Of a DNA stretch of 30,790 nt, positions 9,421-18,019 are shown piece by piece. Both the position numbers and the translations under genes were made by a program. The notes below the pieces were generated by a model that saw only the letters and a program-made list of their open reading frames with translations, was not told where the DNA came from and did not search any database. Numbering within the stretch: position 1 is the first letter of the stretch; each line of letters starts with the position of its first letter. Where the stretch lies: the IMG/VR virus record IMGVR_UViG_3300032320_003436, positions 1 to 30,790 of that record, one strand, 5' to 3'. This DNA comes from a virus. Lineage: Duplodnaviria; Caudoviricetes.

Positions 9421-12400
9421 AGGATTGATTGCACCTGAATTACCGCTTTGACCCGCTACTCCATTACTACCTGATGTGGCGGTACCGCTACTACCTGGCG
9501 ATCCTGGGCTTCCAGCCGCGCCATACTCACTGCCGCCACCGAGGCCTGCTGCGCCCCCTGTTGACGAAGCGCCTCCACCGGTATTAAATGCTCCCCCAGC
9601 TCCCCCGCCTATATTGTAATTACTAATTAACCATCCCCCGACGTTAATTGTTCCTCCGGACCCGCCATCGCCGCCATTTCCCCCATTACCACCCATCGCG
9701 AGGCCTCCATTTCCCCCATTTCCCCCATTTCCCCCCGGATGCCCTGCACTAAAGTCTTCAGGACCTGGACCTACTGGCGGCATATCAACGATAAAAATCC
9801 ATCCACCCCTACCCCCATCTCCCCCGCGGCCGCCAACTGAGCCCGCAAAACCGCCTGCCCCGCCAATGCCTCCAGGTCCTCCCGAAACACTTATAGAATT
9901 GATAATTCCTTTGGGCCTCCCAGCAAATGCAACGCTCCACCCGCTCGCTCCTATTTCCCCAGCGTCGCCATCGCCCCCATTAACTGTGGGTCCCGCGCTT
10001 CCTATTGAGCCGAGACCGCCCGCTCCAGCCCCGGCCGGGGAACCGCCAGGGAAGCTGATTCCGCTTAATCCAGACAAGCCAGTTTGACTAACACTATTAC
10101 CACTCAAACCAGCAACGCCTGCGCGGCCATTAGCCCTTATATTTGTGATTGTTGGAGCGCTGAAACTTCTCGCCGCAATAATAGTTCCTATATCTGCCGG
10201 ATCGCCTATCTCTCTATCTTTAAAATTGAGATTATTAATATTTGCCCTATTTAATGTTAAATTAACAGGCCCGGAATTTGCTCTATCAATATAAACTTCA
10301 GATATAGAATACCCGTTTCCACGAATAGTGAGACGATTAGCGACTGAGGTTATATTCGCATTATTTTGGCCGGTCTGCGTATTATTGTTAAGTAGTGATA
10401 TAGCGACATTATCGCTCGGATAATCCTCGTTAAGGGCAACCGATGCCGCTGATAGCGTTCTGAAGGGCAGACTCGAATTTTCAATAACCCCAGTCGTATC
10501 ACTTCCTGTATCAGAAACGTATGCTACTGCTAATGTAGTATCAATAACTGTAGAAGGAGTTACAGATTGATTCAGAACGCTGAGCCCGTCCATCAAGGTA
10601 AACCTAATAATTTCTTCCATTATTTGATCTTTACCTATCCAGGTATTTCTGCCACTAGCGGACTCATTTAGATTAGTAGTAACATCTCCCCAGTTTATTA
10701 CCCCTTCATACTGGGTATTTTCAAATCTCGGAACATATGAGAAAAATCTATAACTTTGTTGTAAGTCTAGATATGTGGGATTATCAGGAAGAACTAATGG
10801 CCATCCCCAGTTTATATTAAACGAGGACATGCGATACGTAGTAGTGTTACCTATATATTGGATATACCGGGAACTTAAAATATCTGTATTAATATAAATA
10901 TAGTCATTACTAAATTTACTTTGAGCTACAATCGGGGTCGAAGCACTACCTGCAGTGAGTATGGTATAAAACACATTTATTTCTGGCCCTAGATTTCTTC
11001 CGAAATAGCCGCTCCGGCCAGGATCATAATCATTAACATCAAAATCCTTATCATATTTATTTCTAGCTCCCCAGAGCTTAGATTGTTTTATAGATAGTAA
11101 ATCTACAACCCGTCTTAGATTAGCCGGGGTAGAAAATTTATATTGCTCAAACCGACTAACAGGTACATCAAGCATATTGCATAGAGAATACAAAGCATCA
11201 ACACCGCAAGTATCAGGGTCTACAGTATTACCTACAAAGTTATGTGCCTTTTCATACACCCTCTTTCCGAGAGTATTAGGCGAGGAGCTAATATTACCCA
11301 CAATAGTTCCGATGAACCCATCGAACATATTATCATAGTAAATAAGAGATTCTTGATATCTTAAATCTTTATACAATTGAGTAGCGTCAAAATCTTCACC
11401 GATTTTACCAATTTGATATCTATCTTCTGATTTATATACGCTAAATGTATTGCTTCTACCCGTTAAGGTAGTGTTTATTGTAAATTGTCTTGGAGAGTAT
11501 TTAGCAATCCATTTAAATCCAGTCCAATCTCCAGCAGCAATCGCATATTCATCCTTAATATCGTAGTTGCTTACATTAGTATTATTAACTGTATCGATAA
11601 TATTTAACTTACTTGAAGAGCTATTAATAGCTATGATTTCCTTACTTGCTGTTCCCGCGATACCTTTCAAATCCATAGAGGATGCAACGGATGTTTCAGT
11701 GGATGATGGCAAGGTAATAGATGCCGCGCTAAAATTGGAGCTGAGTATTCTTACTACAGTATTATTACCTACAGTTAAAAACGCATTGTTATTTGTATCT
11801 ATAGTAATATTTGCCGCTCGACCTGAAGTTTGGTATACAGATGTTGTAGCGCCAGTCGCATTATTATGATATATTACAATATCTCTAAATGCGGATACTT
11901 TAGTATTAGTTGTTAGATATTGTTGGCCAATAGCCCATACGTTATTATCAGTCCCTACCGCAATATCAGCGATAGAATACCCCGCTGTAAGGCTTATACT
12001 CGATAATATAGCGCCAGTAGAGCTAAATTTATAGAGATATGATGAGAGGGGATTAACATAACCTACCCAGACGTTATTGCTTACATCGGTATCAACTGGC
12101 CCGGGTAATACGGTATTGAGGCCTATAAAGGAGCTAAGATTTACATAACCTAAATACCCGACCGGCAAAGCATAGGTATTATTTGTTAAGTTAGGAACAG
12201 CGACGCGGTCAACCCTACCAGTAGTTTTATTTATTTTGAAAGAACTAATGGAATTGTATAGAGATACCCATATATCTTGATTGCTATCTGCAACTACACC
12301 ATTTACCTTGGGAGATGCTATAGTTAAGGAAGCGCCCGACGAGAGAGTGGGCTGCTTGAGATTTAAAGCAGAGAGTTTATTTCCGAAAGTATCATACTTA

Positions 12401-13959
12401 TATAGATAATCATTCTGAAAATCCGTCGCCCATATAGAGTAATACGAGCCCGTATTTACATTTTCTTCTGGAACAACTTGTATGTATTTTAGACCAGATA
12501 CGGACGCGCTATTACTAGTAAAATTTACAGTTCTATCTAAATTTAATTCAAGAGATGATGAACTGAATTTATAATCTTGTAATAGATTGTTTACTTGTAT
12601 ATTAGATGAAAGCGGGTTAGTAATTACCGCGAGAGGTGTAGGATGTTTTAAGTAATTGAACGTATCGCTATAGGTAGTATATGCGGAAAGATATATATCA
12701 TTTAGAGTATTATTTTTAACAAACTCGTTATCAAATTGTAAGTAGCCTTTCCAATAACCCCCTATATTATCTTCTGTAATAAAGTCGTCAACTATTATAG
12801 GCTGACCCGATATACTCACGACACCGCCACTGCCTGATAGGGCTATAATTTTAATTTCGAAGTCCTGTAGCGGGTAATTGGCAGCTGATAGTAAAGGTAA
12901 ATATTTTGTTGGGTAGTTATTATTATTTTTTGCTCTAATAACGAGGGGTATTTTAGTTCCGGCATACTGAGAAGGTCTAATATTAAAATAAGACTCTTCA
13001 TCTCCCATGCCGTCGAGCCCGTTTAGAGAGAATGTAAGCTTAGATACAGATAATTGAGGTATTATAGTAAAGCCTGTATTAGTCGTAATTTGGTTAAGAT
13101 AGGAAAATTTATTATTTTTAATAATTTCCTTATAACCGTTTTTATAAGATGTAGGATCATCAAAGTTAGAAGTATCAAACCCCGCGAAAATAAGAACAGG
13201 CGAGCGGTCCCTATACCATAAATCGTTGATACTGTATTGGTCTGAAGTAAAGTATACAGTGGCAGTTCCCCTGGTACCGACAAATGAACTCCCCGCGTCA
13301 GTAGAGGGGCAGAGCGCAATTTTGCCACCATCCACTTTAGCATATAATAGTTCATTATTTTTTGTCTGTATGGAATTTATAGGGGCATAATTATAAGAAT
13401 TAGTCTTATTGTTAAATTGCTTATCATAGAATTTGTATGATAAATCTAAATGACTATATTTACTCGCATTATATTCCGCTAAATCGAAAAAATTACTATT
13501 TGACCCGCTAGCAAATAAATTAATAGTATAATTTTTACTTGACAATGCTTCATAGGATTGCCAACTATTATATCTTATAATATTAAGACCATCTTGGGGA
13601 CCAAGAGTGCCTGCTTCTAAAATATAGTTTGATGTACTAGTAAGACATATTGTATCTGTTATAAAATTTTTAACATTTACAGTAGTACTATACGTAGATA
13701 TATATGCCTGCCCGTCTTCCCCGTATACATATAACTGGACTTTATATTCCCCGGGGAACAAAAATGCATGAGTAGCGCAGAGAGATGTTGATTTAGTACC
13801 GTCTCCAAAATCCCATAGTATTCTTTCATCAGAATACGAATCTACATGTAGATTAGGTATAAAGGTAAATGGGCAAATATCAAGAGCATACCCAGATAAG
13901 GAGTCTTCTCCAGTAAAGTTCTTAACATAAAAATATATATAATCTGTATCAAGGTGCAT
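9418..13959 (-). CDS. Multidomain baseplate/adhesin protein: PKD + beta-propeller + wedge-like domain + beta-helix-like segment + glycine-rich C-terminus (1513 aa)
   Basis: WDFGDG...HAFLFPGEYKVQL (PKD). Repeated D.N.N+WV blades. DPDTCGVDALYSL...RRVVDLLSIK (gpI/gp7-like). YVSDTGSD...PFRTLSAA. GGNGGNGG repeats. Coupled to gp6 by TAATG. Confidence 0.65.
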   Translation of the reverse strand: MHLDTDYIYFYVKNFTGEDSLSGYALDICPFTFIPNLHVDSYSDERILWDFGDGTKSTSLCATHAFLFPGEYKVQLYVYGEDGQAYISTYSTTVNVKNFITDTICLTSTSNYILEAGTLGPQDGLNIIRYNSWQSYEALSSKNYTINLFASGSNSNFFDLAEYNASKYSHLDLSYKFYDKQFNNKTNSYNYAPINSIQTKNNELLYAKVDGGKIALCPSTDAGSSFVGTRGTATVYFTSDQYSINDLWYRDRSPVLIFAGFDTSNFDDPTSYKNGYKEIIKNNKFSYLNQITTNTGFTIIPQLSVSKLTFSLNGLDGMGDEESYFNIRPSQYAGTKIPLVIRAKNNNNYPTKYLPLLSAANYPLQDFEIKIIALSGSGGVVSISGQPIIVDDFITEDNIGGYWKGYLQFDNEFVKNNTLNDIYLSAYTTYSDTFNYLKHPTPLAVITNPLSSNIQVNNLLQDYKFSSSSLELNLDRTVNFTSNSASVSGLKYIQVVPEENVNTGSYYSIWATDFQNDYLYKYDTFGNKLSALNLKQPTLSSGASLTIASPKVNGVVADSNQDIWVSLYNSISSFKINKTTGRVDRVAVPNLTNNTYALPVGYLGYVNLSSFIGLNTVLPGPVDTDVSNNVWVGYVNPLSSYLYKFSSTGAILSSISLTAGYSIADIAVGTDNNVWAIGQQYLTTNTKVSAFRDIVIYHNNATGATTSVYQTSGRAANITIDTNNNAFLTVGNNTVVRILSSNFSAASITLPSSTETSVASSMDLKGIAGTASKEIIAINSSSSKLNIIDTVNNTNVSNYDIKDEYAIAAGDWTGFKWIAKYSPRQFTINTTLTGRSNTFSVYKSEDRYQIGKIGEDFDATQLYKDLRYQESLIYYDNMFDGFIGTIVGNISSSPNTLGKRVYEKAHNFVGNTVDPDTCGVDALYSLCNMLDVPVSRFEQYKFSTPANLRRVVDLLSIKQSKLWGARNKYDKDFDVNDYDPGRSGYFGRNLGPEINVFYTILTAGSASTPIVAQSKFSNDYIYINTDILSSRYIQYIGNTTTYRMSSFNINWGWPLVLPDNPTYLDLQQSYRFFSYVPRFENTQYEGVINWGDVTTNLNESASGRNTWIGKDQIMEEIIRFTLMDGLSVLNQSVTPSTVIDTTLAVAYVSDTGSDTTGVIENSSLPFRTLSAASVALNEDYPSDNVAISLLNNNTQTGQNNANITSVANRLTIRGNGYSISEVYIDRANSGPVNLTLNRANINNLNFKDREIGDPADIGTIIAARSFSAPTITNIRANGRAGVAGLSGNSVSQTGLSGLSGISFPGGSPAGAGAGGLGSIGSAGPTVNGGDGDAGEIGASGWSVAFAGRPKGIINSISVSGGPGGIGGAGGFAGSVGGRGGDGGRGGWIFIVDMPPVGPGPEDFSAGHPGGNGGNGGNGGLAMGGNGGNGGDGGSGGTINVGGWLISNYNIGGGAGGAFNTGGGASSTGGAAGLGGGSEYGAAGSPGSPGSSGTATSGSNGVAGQSGNSGAINP
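9421..10130 (-). repeat. Glycine-rich (GGx)n low-complexity coding repeat, GC-rich
   Basis: GGRGGDGGRGG, GGNGGNGGNGG, GGNGGNGGDGGSGG. DNA shows tandem ccatttccc units near 9705-9735. Confidence 0.85.
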
Positions 13960-15800
13960 TATTCAATTATGCTAATTTTGTTTATTAAATTTGACGCATT
14001 ATACAAATAAGGGAATTTATAGAATGGTAATTTTATATTTTGATTTGTGATATTTATATCTGTAGTAGGGTATAGCGGGTTCCAGTAAACAAAGCTTAGC
14101 CCTGGAGTTTTATATCGATTGTTGGCCCTATCTATATATACGGTCGATATTTCGTCGACAGTGTCAATATTAAGGATTTGTCTCGATAAATCGGTTAAAT
14201 CAATACTTTGACCTAATGAGCAGTTTTTAGTATTAAAATACTCTACAATAATGTTATTTACCGTATCCTTTATTTTTGATCTTGCTAGTCTTGAGGTTTT
14301 ATCTACCTTTATTTCGAGAAACGACCGACTTCTAACATTATCAACAGCTATATCTATCCCGGCAATTTCAACCCCAAGATCAAATGCTGCATATATAGGA
14401 TCTACTACTACAATTTCATTGCTAACCATTTTTATGTTTTCCGCGAATGTTTTGATAGCGGTTTTTTGAGAAGAGGGTGTAAATATCGGATCAGTTTGCC
14501 CTACTACTATATTATTTTTAGATACCACAAACACATATACATTATTAAAGTCACAAGAATCTGCAAATAGTAAATGGCTAAGCAGTACTCTATCATTATC
14601 GTATGGGGAGATGAGTCCCATATCATAATAATATTTTAAATATTCAGATATGTATCTCTCATTGTTTACAACTTCAATAGATTGAAAAATATTATTAAAT
14701 TTTGATGTAATATGTGCTTTATAATCATTTATAGTTACGGCTCTATTTTGAGAGCTAAACATCATTGGTGCATTCTGTCTTATACTCTCTACAGTCTCGT
14801 AATCAGATATTGGGGTAGATTCGTTAAAGTTAGCAAATTGCAACATAACCGAATTGGACGGTGTAATGAAAGTTATATTTGGGTCTGGATATAAAACCGA
14901 TCCCAGATTCCTAAATCTATCTGTGTTGTATAGATTCATCGCCGTTCCCTGCTGCATTGCTCCCGGGCCGACTCCCTTGCCGTCGCTTAATAGATAGAAA
15001 ATAGACACAATATCTCCCGCATTTATTTTTTTACCGCTAATATTATTTCCGAATTTTATTTCATATCTACCATTTTCATTTATTCGTTTTTCATAAACTC
15101 TATCGATAGAGTTGCTAAGAAAAAGAGTATCCACTTCCGACCATTGCGACCAGGTTAAAGTTTCGCTATCATACACATACACATCAATATTATCAAAATC
15201 AATAAATTCAACCGTTCCTGCGAGCCCCGCCGAATCAATAGCTCTTTCGTATACAATCGGTATTATTTCGTAATCCTCCCCTATAGCGACGTAATCAGGG
15301 TATTCATAATAAGTTCCTTGGTGCAATAATGTATTTTGCGATAGCGATAGCAAATTTTCTTGAAAGATAGTATTTTTATCAAACGAAACATCTTTGGTAA
15401 AGGAAAACATAATCCCATTTACAAGCAGCTGGGTATATCTCTTGATATTATATGTTCCTACTGGCATGGTACTATCCCCCGTCGCTTCGAAATTGAGAGC
15501 AGAAGTTCGAGGCCCGCTCGGCTTGTAGCCAATAGTTTTAACTATCCTATTCATGTTTTCATATAATTCCGCCTGGTCAAATTGTGCTTCGGAAGCAGTT
15601 TGATTGTAGTAGAATAATAGGATATGGTAAGCGAACGCGAATATATCCGCAAGAGCGGCGAGATTACTTCCTTCGAAATTTTGATCTGTAAAGAGAGAAT
15701 TTTGAGTGAGCCTATCTTTTATTAGCTCTTTTAAAGATACTGCGTCAAATGTAGCGTAGGCGTTATTAGAGAGGTTATATTCTAGCAAATCTTGATTCAT
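13959..15800 (-). CDS. gp6: Baseplate wedge subunit, T4 gp6-like (613 aa)
   Basis: FTDQNFEGSNLAALADIFA, IGYKP, YEIKFGNN..GK and ETVESIRQNAP..FSSQNRAVTINDY are hallmark gp6 motifs. Adjacent to gp25. Confidence 0.92.
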   Translation of the reverse strand: MNQDLLEYNLSNNAYATFDAVSLKELIKDRLTQNSLFTDQNFEGSNLAALADIFAFAYHILLFYYNQTASEAQFDQAELYENMNRIVKTIGYKPSGPRTSALNFEATGDSTMPVGTYNIKRYTQLLVNGIMFSFTKDVSFDKNTIFQENLLSLSQNTLLHQGTYYEYPDYVAIGEDYEIIPIVYERAIDSAGLAGTVEFIDFDNIDVYVYDSETLTWSQWSEVDTLFLSNSIDRVYEKRINENGRYEIKFGNNISGKKINAGDIVSIFYLLSDGKGVGPGAMQQGTAMNLYNTDRFRNLGSVLYPDPNITFITPSNSVMLQFANFNESTPISDYETVESIRQNAPMMFSSQNRAVTINDYKAHITSKFNNIFQSIEVVNNERYISEYLKYYYDMGLISPYDNDRVLLSHLLFADSCDFNNVYVFVVSKNNIVVGQTDPIFTPSSQKTAIKTFAENIKMVSNEIVVVDPIYAAFDLGVEIAGIDIAVDNVRSRSFLEIKVDKTSRLARSKIKDTVNNIIVEYFNTKNCSLGQSIDLTDLSRQILNIDTVDEISTVYIDRANNRYKTPGLSFVYWNPLYPTTDINITNQNIKLPFYKFPYLYNASNLINKISIIE

Positions 15801-15804
15801 TTTT

Positions 15805-16290
15805 TTATATATTTATAATTGAAAATCCCTGAAAGTTGAGCAATCCTTGAAATAGAAAATCGCTAATATCCAAAAGAGGTACATTAACGATCATATTTAT
15901 AGTATAGGACTGTTCTTCTGGGTTAGAAATAACTTCCGGGGGCCGGGTAAATCTAATTCTAGGCTCTTGATTGCGCAGACCAGCCGATATAGCAGATGAT
16001 ATCTGACTGGATATTATGTCTGAGACCGGCTCGAACAAATAATCTCTTAAATCTAATCCAAATGTCGGGTTAAGTATTTTTTCTCCAGGCGACGTTGTAA
16101 AGATATTTACAATAGAATTTTTTATTGCTCTTATATCATAATCTACAACCACATCTTTTTGATTGTTTAGAGCATAAACTTCATTTTGATTTGAGAAAGA
16201 TGTTTCAATATCTAAATGCAAATCAGCAAATGCAAATTCTCTAACATATTCACGCGCCTTAGGAAGAGTTGTAATTTTAACATTACCCAT
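15805..16290 (-). CDS. gp25: Baseplate wedge subunit / sheath initiator, T4 gp25-like (161 aa)
   Basis: AIKNSIVNIFTTSPGEKILNPTFGLDLRDYLFEP...EPRI is the GPW/gp25 signature. Confidence 0.92.
   Translation of the reverse strand: MGNVKITTLPKAREYVREFAFADLHLDIETSFSNQNEVYALNNQKDVVVDYDIRAIKNSIVNIFTTSPGEKILNPTFGLDLRDYLFEPVSDIISSQISSAISAGLRNQEPRIRFTRPPEVISNPEEQSYTINMIVNVPLLDISDFLFQGLLNFQGFSIINI
15810..15817 (-). promoter_or_regulatory. TATAAATA box upstream of gp6
   Basis: Within the last codons of gp25, 9 nt before ATG 15800. Confidence 0.6.
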
Positions 16291-16317
16291 ATAAATATTT
16301 ATGGGAAAGACTAAATA
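16291..16317. promoter_or_regulatory. Divergent late promoters; palindrome ATAAATATTTAT
   Basis: TAAATA on - at 16296-16301 (5 nt before the gp25 ATG) and on + at 16292-97 and 16312-17. Confidence 0.7.
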
Positions 16318-16327
16318 ACAATATTAA

Positions 16328-16852
16328 ATGAGTGCACGAAAGTTTTTAGAAATATGTGAGTCTGTCTTAACAAGAACTGAACGAGGAGGCTTCCTTGTCG
16401 GGGATATGGTCGAAATAACGGACTTTAATAAAATTGATAGCGATAATATTAGAGACGGCCTCAAAGAACTTGTCGACCAGGGGGTCAATATTAAAGTTGT
16501 AGATATTGTTAATAAATATCCTTCCGATAAGCCTGGCAGCCAACTCAACAACTCAGGAGATGTTGTTCTTGTAGTATCCGCTGATTATGGCGGCGGCCGA
16601 TATGTTGGAAAATTCATTATACCTACAACGAGTTGTAAGGTTATACATACCTATCCCAATCTTCATCCTATCCCTGATGCACTTAAAAGGGATAACATGA
16701 TAACTATCAAACCAGAGCCCGTTCCCGGGTATGAAGGAGAAGAGTTTAAGAAGAGAGCTAACCTTACAGGGGGAGATTATAAACTTCCCACGAAAAATCA
16801 AAAAATACCTGCGCCGAAACCTCCGCAATTCGCGCCTCACTTTAATAAATAA
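16328..16852 (+). CDS. Hypothetical late protein, possibly head-associated (174 aa)
   Basis: Clean ORF with TAAATA upstream. N-terminal KFLEICES, then FLVGDMVEI (SH3/KOW-like strand), and a Pro-rich C-terminus. Confidence 0.6.
   Translation: MSARKFLEICESVLTRTERGGFLVGDMVEITDFNKIDSDNIRDGLKELVDQGVNIKVVDIVNKYPSDKPGSQLNNSGDVVLVVSADYGGGRYVGKFIIPTTSCKVIHTYPNLHPIPDALKRDNMITIKPEPVPGYEGEEFKKRANLTGGDYKLPTKNQKIPAPKPPQFAPHFNK
16846..16851 (+). promoter_or_regulatory. TAAATA box
   Basis: 7 nt before ATG 16859. Confidence 0.65.
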
Positions 16853-16858
16853 TATATT

Positions 16859-17989
16859 ATGAATACTAGAGATACTGAACTAATTTATGAAGCCTATAAT
16901 AAAAAAGTTATAGGTTTTAACATTACAGAGAAGGAAGCAGCTCAAATATTGGAGAACTCAATTGAAATTCTATTTAATAATTATAATTCACTAATACAAG
17001 AAGCGGGATTTATACAAACCGCGAAAAAAATTGTAAAAGACTTTGCTGCCGAGCGCAAGGAAGGAACTCCTCGCCCTCGCGCAGCAGTAAAGTCTATAGT
17101 AGGTGGCGCGGCGGTACAGGCATACGAGAGTGTTCTCGACGCGATCAAGGGAGCGAGTAAACATAAAGAGTTACTTAAGCATATGGCTATCTTCATAAAG
17201 GCCGCTGCCCAAAATAATCCAGATGTGGATCAGCAATTAATAAATGTAGCTACATCTGCTTTAGAGGGTTTACCGCAAGAGGAGGTTAATAGAATTATAG
17301 CTAGATTTCGTGGTGGGAGCAGATTTGACTACCGCGACTTGAATGCTGCTACTCTCGCCCGTCGGCAACAGATGGACAATGACGAGGCCCTCGCCGCGCG
17401 AGTCGCGCAGTTACCGAGGCCGACCCTTGCAGGAGAAGGGGTACATGTATTACATTTACCTCTTGTGGAGAACATGGAGTTGTTAGTTGTTGAAGGTGTT
17501 ACCAGAGAAATAATTAAGGAGAATATATTTATTCTTAATACGGCTCTAGATATAGTCGAGGAAAACCTTATGGATACAATAAAATCTGCAGCCCCTAAAG
17601 CCTTAAATCTCCTCCAGTCAGCCTTGGATGTAGCGGGAATAGACCCTGGACTAGGAACAATAGCTGATGCAGGCAATGGTATAATAAGCTTATTGAGGGC
17701 AGCATTTGCTAAGGAGCCTGATCAAAGAAAAAAACTCCTATTGAAGGCTGCAATATCTGCAGTATCAATGATACCAGGAGCGGATTTAATAAAACTATTA
17801 AAAGCGCGCAAGCTTACAAAACCTCTTGCGAAGGGAGCCCTAGCAGGAGCTAAAGCGTTGCGAACATATAAGCAAGGTCAAGCAGCCGCGGGGAAGGCAG
17901 ACTTAGCGGCTGCTGGGATGCCGACGTCCTTCCAAGGAGCTAAAGAACAGATTGTTAATCAAATCCCTGGGTTTAGGCCCCCAGCATAG
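16859..17989 (+). CDS. Putative head-internal/ejection protein with pre-toxin-TG-like helical hairpin (376 aa)
   Basis: N-terminal DTELIYEAY and many I/L/V-x-E sites. Segment ALDVAGIDPGLGTIADAGNGIISLLR...AAISAVSMIPGADLIK. TAAATA 7 nt upstream. Confidence 0.55.
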   Translation: MNTRDTELIYEAYNKKVIGFNITEKEAAQILENSIEILFNNYNSLIQEAGFIQTAKKIVKDFAAERKEGTPRPRAAVKSIVGGAAVQAYESVLDAIKGASKHKELLKHMAIFIKAAAQNNPDVDQQLINVATSALEGLPQEEVNRIIARFRGGSRFDYRDLNAATLARRQQMDNDEALAARVAQLPRPTLAGEGVHVLHLPLVENMELLVVEGVTREIIKENIFILNTALDIVEENLMDTIKSAAPKALNLLQSALDVAGIDPGLGTIADAGNGIISLLRAAFAKEPDQRKKLLLKAAISAVSMIPGADLIKLLKARKLTKPLAKGALAGAKALRTYKQGQAAAGKADLAAAGMPTSFQGAKEQIVNQIPGFRPPA

Positions 17990-18019
17990 ACTAGAGATAA
18001 GTCGGTAAATTAACTTAAT

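Noticed and set aside
9421-10130. Mycobacterial PE-PGRS gene or collagen
   Set aside because: There is no PE domain, and the pattern is mostly GGx tracts broken by loops rather than continuous Gly-X-Y. It is the C-terminus of a phage baseplate protein.
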